Below the pieces are notes generated by a model. It worked only from the letters and a program-made list of their open reading frames with translations, was not told the DNA's origin and did no database searches. The translations under genes and the position numbers were made by a program. A stretch of 63,186 bases of DNA, filler included, from Asterionella formosa (lineage: Eukaryota), in the NCBI GenBank assembly GCA_002256025.1. It is 4 parts of 4 records of this genome, joined end to end, with 100 filler letters (N's around TTAATTAATTAA, not from the genome) between each part and the next. Parts side by side here need not be neighbours in the genome. Positions count along the whole stretch, not along the records: positions 47,487 to 63,186 come from NKIB01005307.1; 3 more parts are not named here. One strand, 5' to 3'. Of this stretch, positions 52,501 through 63,186 are shown piece by piece (the first letter of the stretch is position 1; each line of letters starts with the position of its first letter).

Positions 52501-52969
52501 GGAACAAGTGTTTGTGAAAAAATCTTCATTTGCCGCTCAAGTCATAATTGTCTTCGATGAATCATCGTCTACAGTGCATAGTGTGTTCGTGTGCAATCCG
52601 TTAAGAGCTTGAAAAGAAATCCGATGAAAACGAAATGGCTCATCACACAAGACAAATATTTCCGACCAGTCTGTCACCAGAGCATCAATCAGTGTTACAA
52701 CCTCAATCATAGCTAAACGGCATCCATTATAGAACAGCACAATCTACTTCTCCATAACATCGTCTCTCTAACGAGAACATAATACATGTAGAATGGAAAT
52801 GCAGCATAGCAGATGATATGCACAAAGAAGCAAGAGACTGTCTATGTACAGTAACAAAGTGATTCTGGTTTCGTAATTTTCATGTCTCATTAGATTTCAT
52901 TTGTCATCGGCCGCACTAGTTCCTTACCTTTGAAGACAGGAGCGTATTCTTTGATGTATCTGGAATGGT

Positions 52970-53880
52970 TCAATGGATGGCAGCAGTTGGATTTAGACAC
53001 AAACCTCGACAAAAGCACGACTTTGTAGATGTTCATGAAAAGGGAGACACTTTGGCCTATGCCCACCAGCCAGTCTATACTGCAAAAATGCAAGAAGCAC
53101 AAGTTGAAAGACCATTTATGGATTCAAGTTTCAGTAGTGCAACAATGTAAAATATTAGAAACCGGAAGTCACATTTTATCTAATTACGGTTTTCAATTTT
53201 ACTATTATTGATTGAGAGGAAGCAATGGGCGGGGGAAAACACAGAGAATCCTACTAATTTTTGTCCCCAATGATACCAGTCCCTTCTTGAATGTCACATG
53301 CTACAGAAAATGGAGGACAGCCGCCATGATCTGTTGATTGTTGCTGTATGGTGCCAGTGAGGACCAAAACCTCCAGAAATCTCAATGAGTTGCTTGTTTC
53401 TTGACTTGAATGCCCAAGGGATCGAAACCAGTGGAAAAAGCAAAAGGGAACTAAAAATTATCTGAAACCATCAGGACAACCGTGAAAGAGAAACGAAGGT
53501 TGGTGGGGGAAGTAAAGGATTATTGCTGGTCTTGCGAGAACAAGGATGGATTGACCCAAACAATGTTGACAAATAGATACTTACCGGAAATTCGGCGCGC
53601 ATCATCAACCTATATACAAGCCTGCGCCACCTGATGTCAATATAGCTACCTCGACTTCATCAATGAAGAAGTCGATGGGTGGAACATGTGAGAAAAATTG
53701 GGGTTGATGTCGTTTTCCTTGACGCCAACGTGCTTGGCTGAACTTGCAGATGAAGGCATTGAGTAACCTGGGCCTGTGCTGCCAAAGGATAAAGAAAAAT
53801 CTATGACAATGGCAGGGTACTGAGATAGTGTTTAGGAGCAAAAGGTATCATAGCTGAACGCATTCGAAAATTTGTATAGA
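52970..53880 (+). pseudogene. IS630/Tc1-like transposase relic (paralog of 38160-39110)
   Basis: WMAAVGFRHKPRQKHDFVDVHEK, HLWIQVS, EQGWIDP and LTPTCLAELADEGIE*. Confidence 0.6.
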
Positions 53881-54904
53881 CAATATCTGGTAGCATACCA
53901 TGGCTGCTCTTGACTGACAGTTGCCAAATCAAAGTCAATGCACAAATACAACAAGGGTGCACAAGAGATGGTCCCATTTTAATCGACCGGATGATACATA
54001 GTTCTGCAATGGGATGAACTTTGAGAAAGAATACATTTTTTGCATAAAAGTGTCGGAAAATGCATAAACCGATAGTCAAGGGAGTCGGTGATCATTTCCG
54101 CAATACGAACCTTTATTCGCGTAAAGAACAAGCAGGGTACTGTTGAATGGGTGAAAGAATGTCTATAGTAAACTTTCAAATGACCTCATCAAGATTCCAT
54201 AGAAATATGGACCACGACAATTAGTGCTTACATGAGACTCACTAGAAAATTCACGCAGAGGATTTTCTTGCATCTTGAAATGTTGTACCCTCTCCAAGAA
54301 TGCTGTCACTCAAGCTTCTCATCTATTTCAACAAAACATAGAAAAACCTTATCTAGTCAAAGTTATCAAGCTAATCACCGCGGACTCAATACTGTCTCGT
54401 TTGTGGTCATATCTTCAAAGCTGAGCAAATGACGGTCAGAAACAACTTCCAGCGCCGATTTCAACTTTTTGTTGTCAATACTAGTGCAAAAAAATTAAAA
54501 AATTAAACGATAATCTCGCCTATGTTAGTCTACATACACCTGCGAAATAGGAATTGCTCATTGTCAATATTCGTGAAGATAATCAACTCCATAATTTCGT
54601 CATGGTCAAGATGGAGTTGCTGTCTCATCGACCCCATACCACAGGCAGCTGTACAAACACACATGCAAGTACTGGTAGTACATACCCAGTATTGTGTATG
54701 CATGCCAAGCATATATAATATACATCACTATATACATGTGTTGTCCCAGCAGTTGGAATTCACATGTAACCCTGTAGGTCTGCTGTCATGCATTACTACT
54801 TGGCAGTAATAGTCCACATCATACATCATATTGGCATTATATTTGGAATTGCTGTATGTATCCATGAATTACTTTTTGTCAAAAGTCGCTCCACAAATAA
54901 CGAA

Positions 54905-56301
54905 ATGTCTAATTCTTCCAACTCATCTCATAATTCCTCCTCTGAGGAGGAGGATGATAGCATCTTGCAGCGTTCAGGAGATAGTCCGTCAGATGAAAGG
55001 CAGTGCTTCCTCTTCTGGGAAGAAAGTGGTAGATCCTATTAACTTTTCCATCCTGCCATTGTCACCTGCAGGCGACCCTCCAGCACGCACTGACAATTTT
55101 CCTGTTCCCCATGGCGACACTCCTTGGTGCTAGGAGCCGGACTCACCAGACTTTATCATACAGACAATGACTGATTACACTTTGCTTAGCTTGTCACAAG
55201 GCTGTCAAGAAGATTTGGCCAAATACCGAATTTGCATTTGGAATGTGATCTTATCATGCCTGGATTGCATGAATAATTGAAAATAGAGGAAAGTTCAAGA
55301 AATACGACAAAAACAAGAAGAGAATGGGTGAAGACTTCGAGGCGTATAAAAGAAGTCGCTGGATACTACAGCTAGCTCCAATCCTCCGCGATTTGGGACC
55401 CATTCACACCAGAATTGAATTGAACAGTTCCAATCTACTTCGTGGTGGTTTGCCTGCACTCAACAACAATTCAGAGGGCATCAACAGTGGTGATAAATCA
55501 TTCTTTGCTCACGAGGATTGTTCCAAAGGGGATCTATCATTTTGCTCCACTTTACACTCATCGGTACACTCGATCAATTTCTACAAGTCGATTTATAAGC
55601 TTCTTGAGAAAAGCCAAAATGGAGAAGCTACATTTCTCACAATGACATTTGATTTCAAATGTGACGCAATCAGAATTGGAGAGGGTTCACTGTTGATTGC
55701 GACATCGTCATTTGTGGACCTAAATATTATGTCCTCTATGCAAACAATGCAGTCCCAGAATACTGCAACTGCATTGTAACAGCACAGTCAACTATCCCAA
55801 TATCGAAAGAGATATCTTTATATCGGAAACACAGAATCAGTTACTGCACTAACTGTTATGCAATCATTGATAAAGAAGAACAAAATGCATGATGAGTACA
55901 AGCGCCTTCTCCGAAATCCTGAACAGTATTCTGCTAACCACAAATTTGATGATGTCCTTTCGCTCACCTGCAGGTTTCACCTTATTGAACCTATTGTGTC
56001 CAAGAGTGAAAACGGTGATGATGTTACTCTACCTAATTTTTAAGGAATTTTGGGAGCGTGTGGATTGGGACCCATTACGATTAATAGCTTGAAAGAAATG
56101 GGAAATGAAGATCTCATATCTTGCCATTGTCACACATATTTAGCAAAGGCGTGGTGTAAACATGCATGTGCTTTTGCATTTGACCGTGGAATTATTTCAA
56201 CCTTTCCAAAGACAATGCATCCAAAGCCTAGTATTAAGAATAAAGGTTCTGGACGAATCAAAAATGCGAAACGTGGAGGTAACTTAGATATTAATGGATG
56301 A
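54905..56301 (+). pseudogene. MULE transposase C-terminal half (2nd D, CxxH, E, SWIM zinc finger)
   Basis: Own acidic leader MSNSSNSSHNSSSEEEDDS; QTMTD (55173); AVKKIWP..M*SYH (55246-55257); NNNSEGIN (55474); SWIM CHCHTYLAKAWCKH (56122-56163); stop 56299-56301. Confidence 0.75.
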
Positions 56302-56350
56302 CTAGCTATATTTAGAAAAGAACTAGTAGTGATTATAATAGTTGTCAATG

Positions 56351-57496
56351 CTAGATAGGAATCTCATTAGTTTTCCTATGTCTAACGAGCTCTTCCAGGG
56401 CAGACTTAATCGACGCAAATATGAATCTTTGCGCTTTATGGTGTTCATGGCTTATCACTCCATAAGCAATCATTTTCGTTTGTTGAGCCAAGTTGGTTGC
56501 AATCACTGGAAAAACGCCGTTTCCTTTCTTGTGTCAGTTTGTAAGATGCATCAGAAGATTGGATTGCTCCAGAATTGCTGTCTGTAAGCATTCAGCAACA
56601 AATTCTTGGTTGTTAGTACAGCTACCAAAGATTCTTCGTCTGGTCGACAGTCTATGCCAAGTAGGTACATCGAATGTTTTGTGAAATCAAAGATAGTTTC
56701 CTTCTTATACGATTAAAGGATAGCAACGATACCTCCCCAGTTATTGCCTTGACCATTTTTTTGCGTAAGCGAGTGAGTTGTCGTTTTATGCACTTTTTCA
56801 ATTTTTCATCAACAGGAATTCCTTTTGCCCTGGCCTCAGCAATGTAACGTGCTGGTTTCATGTTCAATTTATTTGGGGAAGTAATTAACACAGACTGATA
56901 GTATTTGTGAATACGTTTTCTTATGCCATCCTTGACAATATTATGTTTTGTGTGTTTTGAATCACCAATCTCAACTGTGGTAAAATTTGTTTTGGTATTG
57001 AATATTTTCCGAATTAGTAGCTACAAATTGACATTGGCAGGAATGAAAAAATGTGCATCTTTTCTTTGTAACTCTAATGCCATCAGCTCTAAAGTACTAT
57101 GGAAAATCTTTTGCTAACCACATGAGACTCCCGCCACCTCCAAAATTCCGTTGTCCCAAATCGCAAAGGATACCTTCAAAATCCCCAGTCTTGACATCAG
57201 TAGGAAAATAATCATTCACGCACACCTGGACTTTAGTTTCATTTGGTGGATTGACGAGAACACCGTCATCGAGTGCTAAACGAACCTCGCTTTCCAAGAT
57301 CCCAGGCTCTTCTGTGACACTACCCATTCCACCTTCGATTTCTTCGATATCATACCAGCTGTTGAAGTCATCCTTGTTACCCTCTTCAGGCTGTTTTTCG
57401 ATACCAGAACTGTCAGTACTATCACTGTCGCTATGCATGACTGTGACTGTCATTTTCGTCAGCCACTTCTTCGTTTTTGTCTGAGATATCTTCCAT
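56351..57496 (-). pseudogene. MULE transposase N-terminal half (zinc-finger-like DNA-binding region, 1st D)
   Basis: Own acidic leader; KRCTFFHSCQCQF...EIGDSKHTKH; TTKNLLLNAYRQ; DASYKL (D at 56552-56550); GVFPVIATNLAQQTKMIAYGVISHE..FIFASIKSALE; stop 56353-56351. Confidence 0.7.
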
Positions 57497-57914
57497 CCCA
57501 GTGGTTTTCAAACCACCGGGTCAGGATGTAAACAAGTTTTGTCTCAACATGGAGGAGGGTCTATAATTTAAGTTAATACATAGTTTTCTCCTCTATATCA
57601 ACACTAACATTCCTTGCTTGGCGGTGTATCTATGTGGGTACCGGTACATCGCTAGTAAATAAATTTATTACGGTAACACATCTGCTCTTTTTCGCTATTG
57701 TTTGATGTCGCTGCATGTGTAGAAAGTGCTCTGTAGTATTTCCACGTACTTTTAAGTACCCATGACGATCAATTTCAACGTGGGTACCGGTATCGAAGCC
57801 CATAACAGAACATCCTTTGTGCTGTTCGAAGATAAGTACAGCCATGGCAGCTGATGGAGTGACCTTGTACGAAAACGAACGTCATAGACCGGTGTCGTTA
57901 TTCAAATCGAAATA

Positions 57915-58520
57915 CCGAATTCAATTGATGTTGTCGGCGCCAGGCTATTGTAGAGGCTGTCACGGTCAATGCTGAACTGACTACAGTTGCTTTCGATTAT
58001 AATTCTTTTGGTCTTGATAGCGCCGAGGCCATCAACACAGGTCTTCAAGGTCGATACTGTTGTGACTACACTTGATCTCAATGGCAATTCAATTGGTGAT
58101 GATGATGCAAAGGCCATTACCCCATCGAGGTCAATTTCAACACAGGCCTTCAAGGTCGATACTGTCATGACTATACTTGATCTCAATGCCAATGCAATAG
58201 GTGATGATGATGCTAAGGCCATTACGCACCCCATCGAGGTCAATATCAACACAGGCCTTCAAGGTCGATACTGTCATGACTACATGACTAGATCTCAATG
58301 CCAATTCAATTGGTGATGAGGATGCAAAGGCCATTGCCCCCTCATGGTCAATACTGGATTGAATAACTTGAATTTACTTCTGAGGCAATTAAATTCACGT
58401 CAATGCCAATTCAATTGGTGTTGATGACGCCAATTGAATTGGAGATGCTCTCAAGAAGGTCAATCCTGTCTTGACATCTTAACAATGCTTTCTCTCAATT
58501 GTAATGCAACTGGTATTGAT
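57915..58520 (+). pseudogene. RI-like (NLRC3-type) leucine-rich-repeat gene fragment
   Basis: Repeated KVDTVVTTLDLNGNSIGDDDAKAI units with frameshifts and a tandem amplification of about 110 bp. Confidence 0.75.
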
Positions 58521-59451
58521 TAACTAATTGAACAGCTTACTATTAAGTAAGGACTATTAGATATAAATTTACCATCCTTTTCCATAAGAATCGAGCAAAA
58601 ATGGTGGGCCACATGAATTTCTCGAATGTATATGGTCAATATGGCTGTCTATATTCATAAATATATGATTTAAACCATTTGAAATTTTGGTGATGACTTC
58701 CTTTTGTTAAGGTGCTAAATTAATTCAGCCACTGACATGTAGGTACAAGAATTGACACAAAACCAATTGAGAAAATTCAACAGGTTGTGGAAGACTATGA
58801 ACTCATAATGCATTGTATATATTTGAATTATGTATAATCAAAACTGATGAAAGTATACACAGGATGTGCCAGATAATGAGCGTGTTTAAAACTATGCAAA
58901 TGTTCAACTATTTATACATTCCAACTTACAAATCTTTATATATATGTATACATGGCTGAAACATTTAAAATCATGTTTTTATGTTCCTTGTCATGCATAC
59001 ACTTTGCTCCTGAAAACCATTCTTAGCTAAATATAGTTCTAAATTTCGATCAATTTCATCCTATTTTAGACAGTGATATCGATGAGAATTACGATCATGC
59101 TAAGATAGATGTATGACAAAAGTATACACATCATATGACCATGTTTGAGTAATTATATGATGAAATGGTATTATAACTATGATAGTCTCATCATACTTCA
59201 AGCTCGGTAAAATTTTACTGCATGATCATAATTATATGATACATTGATCATATTTTTGATCGAAAAACTATCATATATTTGAAAATCCTGTGCCACTTAG
59301 CGTATGATACCGTTGATCATATTTTCATGATATTTTTTATTTACAGACGGCCTGCTTCCATCGTCTGTTTTGATCGCTTCCATTGTTGTTTGTTGTTCCT
59401 CACTGTAGTTTAGATTCGAGTGTAAGTATCTACACAAGGGCATAGCTATGG

Positions 59452-60225
59452 GTGTATCAATGACTACTCTTTGAAGATGTGGTATTTGGCTGTTGTTGAT
59501 CTTATTTATTGATTTGTATAGTCATTGACCATGCATGATATCAATAGTGCCGCCAAGCAATGATGCTTTTCTTGTACTAACGCGCTTGGCTACCTTTCTA
59601 CTACAAGTTCGTATCACAAGCTATGTATCAATTTTCAGCCAGAGGGAGTCGATAGTGCTGGAGCAGTCTGGTGAACACGCTCGCTCAGAATGGAATGATC
59701 AGGGTTGATTGGTTGTGGGGGGAGGAATGCCTGGTGCGGTGGAAAGACTGCTACTGGTGTCAGGCTACTACAGCGATGTGAATGGTTGCAGCAACCAGAC
59801 CATCTACGCTACATAACGATATAGGTCTAAATGGGGTCAGCTTTTTTCTTCTTATTTTGGTCTTTGATTGAGTGGTGATGGAAAGTCAATGTTGCCTGTG
59901 TAAGTACTACAATGTCACAATGCATACGTCTCCATTGAAACTCCTATTTTTTACTTCATTTCTAACCCAAAACAATTTTTTTATTTCTCATTTGATGATG
60001 TTGCATGTTGCAATCATTCTCGTGTGTTTTACGCTTGTTGTACCCTTTCTATGTATTTTACTGTCATTCTGGCTGTCATGGTAAAATCGGCAATTTTGAT
60101 GCCGAAAAATTCGATGTGCTCCATATTGCCCCTAAATAAAAATTACTTAACAATTACTTAGAGCCTAAAAATTACTTGGAAGTACATACCCGAATGGCAC
60201 GACGCTAGCTGGAACCGGGAGTTTT
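59452..60225 (+). repeat. Dispersed about 0.8-kb repeat (inverted copy of 20937-21770)
   Basis: See 20937-21770; ends in AATTACTT-rich short repeats. Confidence 0.85.
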
Positions 60226-60630
60226 GCCTTCAGCGACGCAGATTTCCATTTTGCATTTATGTGCTGTACGGCTAGTACCCCTGGTACCAGGTATCAGAAC
60301 CACGACCTGTGACGAGCTGCAGCATGTGTGGTACCTGGTACCAGGTACCAGGGGTGCCGTAACTATGTTTACGATGCATCATTCTCCGAGTAGCAGTAAC
60401 TGGTACCAGCACCATGCATACGTAAATTTCGATACTGTACTGCTGGTCGTAGGATCTGACTACCGGTACATACCGATACCAGGAGTTTGATTCATGCAGG
60501 ATGATCAACCTGCATGGATGAGGGAAGTCATTTTTGCGTCGCCCATCATCAATTTAGCTTCTTTCCTCCTTCTTCTTGAGCTATAACAACTTTGCGTACG
60601 ACTCATTCTCTAATCAGAACCTTGTCCGAC

Positions 60631-62139
60631 ATGTCTGACAATGGAAGCAACTACGCTTCTTATCGAGCTCAATCAAATGCAAATTACTATCAGTCTTATT
60701 CACAAGCGGTGAATCCAATTCCTCCCGCCGATGAAGGCCTGCGACGGCGGACAGCACCTGCGCCTCCCGGGAGAGCAGCGAAACATCCACCCGCCCCTTC
60801 GTCTGCATCAAAAGTCGTTAAGAATCTAGATTTTATGTTCCCCAAGGTAGAATCCGAGTTTACTGTCCGATCAGAGCGTGGCGGGATGGCCTCGCTGGTA
60901 GCCCTGTTGGTTATTGCTGTGCTTGCCCTTGCAGAGATTATGGCGTGGGTAGCCCAAAATTCAGCAACGACGGAGCACATCTCAGTCAACACAGCCTTGG
61001 GTAAACGCATGCGTGTCAATATTAACATCACCTTTCCTGCCCTGGCCTGTGAAGATTTGCATGTAGACGCGATGGATGTGGCTGGCGATTCTCAAATTGA
61101 TGTCGAGGACACGTTGGTCAAGAGACAGCTTCGCCCGGATGGCACCCTCTATAGCTTCAAAGAGGTTGAGGTGGAGATGAATGCTCATAGACAGGTGCAA
61201 GAAGAGAAGGAAGCCATTATCAAGAAAGAACTACCGGAAAAATATTGTGGTCCTTGCTACGGGGGCCATGATGAGGAGGATCAATGTTGTCAAACCTGTG
61301 ATGAGGTCATTGAAGCATACAAGAAGAAGAAATGGAGAACGGATCTACTTCAGTACACCGCTGAACAATGCATTCGCGAAGGTCGTGACAAGAAGGAACC
61401 CAAGCGAATGACCAAGGGGCAGGGTTGTAATCTTAGTGGTTTCATGACAGTCAATAGGGTGGCTGGGAACTTTCATATTGCCATGGGAGAAGGCATTGAG
61501 CGCGATGGGCGACACATTCATACGTTTGTACCAGAAGATGCACCTAATTTTAATGCCTCGCACATAATTCATCAGCTGAGTTTTGGGCCTGGTGAGGAGA
61601 ACAAGGCCCCCATGAATGGCGTGACCAAGTTTGTCGGGAAACAGCATGGAACTACTGGATTATTTCAATATTTCATCAAGGTGGTGCCCACCACCTATAT
61701 TGGAGATGACCTGATTCCATTGGACGCTAAGAAAGCCATGACCCTTCCTTCCTTGTACCCTGAAGTGGAGGAGAGTGAGAGAACGGGCGTGCTGGAAACG
61801 AACCGCTACTTCTTTACGGAGCGATTCCGTCCGCTAATGCGAGAGTATATTGACGACGAAGACATGGAGGAAGATGATCCCAGAAAAGCTGGCGTCCATG
61901 CAGGAGCTACTGGAGGCCATCATCATGTGGATCATCATAAGATTCAAAACGCCGTCCTGCCCGGAATATTCTTTATTTATGAGATATATCCGTTTGCTGT
62001 GGAGGTTACCAAAAACACCGTTCCGTTTACACATTTATTGATCCGGTTAATGGCTACCGTCGGTGGAGTGTTTACTGTTGCAAGTTGGGCTGACGCTGCA
62101 CTCTCCGGTCAAAGCATTCGACGACGAGGTGCGTTGTAA
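60631..62139 (+). CDS. ERGIC3: ER-Golgi intermediate compartment protein 3 / Erv46 family
   Basis: Two TM helices, RVNINITFPALAC, CGPCYG..CCQTCDEVIEAY, VNRVAGNFHIA, FQYFIKVVPT and GGVFTVA. Confidence 0.93.
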   Translation: MSDNGSNYASYRAQSNANYYQSYSQAVNPIPPADEGLRRRTAPAPPGRAAKHPPAPSSASKVVKNLDFMFPKVESEFTVRSERGGMASLVALLVIAVLALAEIMAWVAQNSATTEHISVNTALGKRMRVNINITFPALACEDLHVDAMDVAGDSQIDVEDTLVKRQLRPDGTLYSFKEVEVEMNAHRQVQEEKEAIIKKELPEKYCGPCYGGHDEEDQCCQTCDEVIEAYKKKKWRTDLLQYTAEQCIREGRDKKEPKRMTKGQGCNLSGFMTVNRVAGNFHIAMGEGIERDGRHIHTFVPEDAPNFNASHIIHQLSFGPGEENKAPMNGVTKFVGKQHGTTGLFQYFIKVVPTTYIGDDLIPLDAKKAMTLPSLYPEVEESERTGVLETNRYFFTERFRPLMREYIDDEDMEEDDPRKAGVHAGATGGHHHVDHHKIQNAVLPGIFFIYEIYPFAVEVTKNTVPFTHLLIRLMATVGGVFTVASWADAALSGQSIRRRGAL

Positions 62140-62312
62140 CATTAGATTACTTATCTATAATGATAATAGGAAAACGGAGAACGATTTTTAGAACAAGAGC
62201 AAAGCAATGCTTCCCAAAACCGATTTACAAAATAGAACGGAGTCCGCGCGACGACTTGCTACATTGTAGATTGATTAACAAGATAGTATTTGCCCAATAA
62301 CGATAAAGATAT

Positions 62313-62759
62313 TTACTTGGCCATTGGATGAGCAGTAATATATTCCACGGCATCACTAATACTGGCAATTTTGTCAGCCTCGGCGTCTGGAATTTCGACA
62401 GCGAATTCGTCCTCAATCGCCATGACAACTTCCACAGCGTCCAACGAGTCTAAGCCCAAATCTTCTGCGAATTTCGATTCAGGGGTGACCTTGTCTTCGT
62501 CAACTTTGTCAAAGTTCTTCACAACTTGTACAATACGTTCGGTGACTTCGCTGGCATCCAAAAACGACTGAAGTGCGAGAGAGAGGAGGGTGGCAAGGTT
62601 GTGAGAATAATCTGGGCTAAAAAGTGTTAATTTTGCACGTCAACTTACTCCCCCCGAGAAGTATCGCAGATGATTAGGCTGTCTCACAACAGCAAACGTA
62701 TTGTTGCTCACGACTGCTCGAGCAGCAACACGGGAGGCGACACGGGCAGCAGAGAACAT
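62313..62759 (-). CDS. ACP: Mitochondrial acyl carrier protein (NDUFAB1-like); exons 62759-62649, 62567-62313
   Basis: Presequence MFSAARVASRVAARAVV...LRYFSGG, intron 62648-62568, and DLGLDSLDAVEVVMAIEDEF phosphopantetheine motif. Confidence 0.95.
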
Positions 62760-63186
62760 GTTCTGAACAAAAGGGGATATAGGAGATGCGCAAATTGTGA
62801 GTAACACAGTCTCACGCAAGACGTACAGACCGCAATGAGCATGTTGTGCTGAATAATAATCTCGTCAATCCGTTGTTGGTGTTGCTTCTTGGACTCTTGT
62901 GTCTTCATGGTGCTTGGAACAACAAGTGATAGTTATTGCAGGATGCAACGATCCATGGTACAGGATCAGGCACACACCTTTTTGTTTCAACAAAGCAAAA
63001 GGTTGCTTCTTGTTATGTGACGCAGTATGCCGTGGTGAAAGAAAAAAAGGAGAGGATGCATCGAGCAAGCAGTATTATATCATACACGGTAAATGTACGA
63101 TATGTATCATGCGCAAAGCATCTACCGTGTAACCCTTACCTGGTACCAGGAACCTTACAGCCTCTATTAGCTATACCTGGTACCAG

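Larger units (their letters stand above)
54531..57632. mobile_element. MULE/Mutator-type element with two convergent transposase half-genes
   Basis: Degenerate TIR TACATACACCTGCGAAATAGGAAT versus reverse-complemented TAGATACACCGCCAAGCAAGGAAT. Encloses the two pseudo-ORFs listed below. Confidence 0.6.
52211..59349 (+). mobile_element. TIR DNA transposon, CGTCTG-end family, copy 3, with nested MULE and LRR cargo
   Basis: 52211-53995 is homologous to 37391-39250, and 58600-59349 to 39980-40370 plus 41335-41668. Ends are CGTCTGCAAAT / ATTTACAGACG. Flanks TT and GC do not form a TSD. Confidence 0.75.

Overview
Eukaryotic genomic DNA, most likely a diatom or another stramenopile. This is inferred from short 65-125 nt GT-AG introns, gene content and the TE families present. 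The window is built from several contigs joined by N gaps. Host genes: argininosuccinate lyase (3 exons), a SMARCAL1-like SNF2 helicase with an unusual PDZ-like C-terminus (3 exons), a probable Mediator subunit MED10, a 1625-aa IQ-motif protein, a TPR-like protein, formate-tetrahydrofolate ligase, a hypothetical protein, ERGIC3/Erv46 and a mitochondrial acyl carrier protein. Most of the remainder is decayed, nested mobile DNA: the 5' end of a Copia element, an RT+RNase H non-LTR retrotransposon, a PF20700-like DDE transposase relic, and several TIR elements. The two main observations are: (1) a MULE-type element (about 54.5-57.6 kb) whose DDE transposase is split between two convergent genes, each with its own start and stop; (2) a three-copy TIR family with CGTCTG...CAGACG ends, variable 2-bp TSDs, an IS630/Tc1-like transposase relic and intron-rich cargo. 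All family assignments come from motif recognition by eye; no searches were run.
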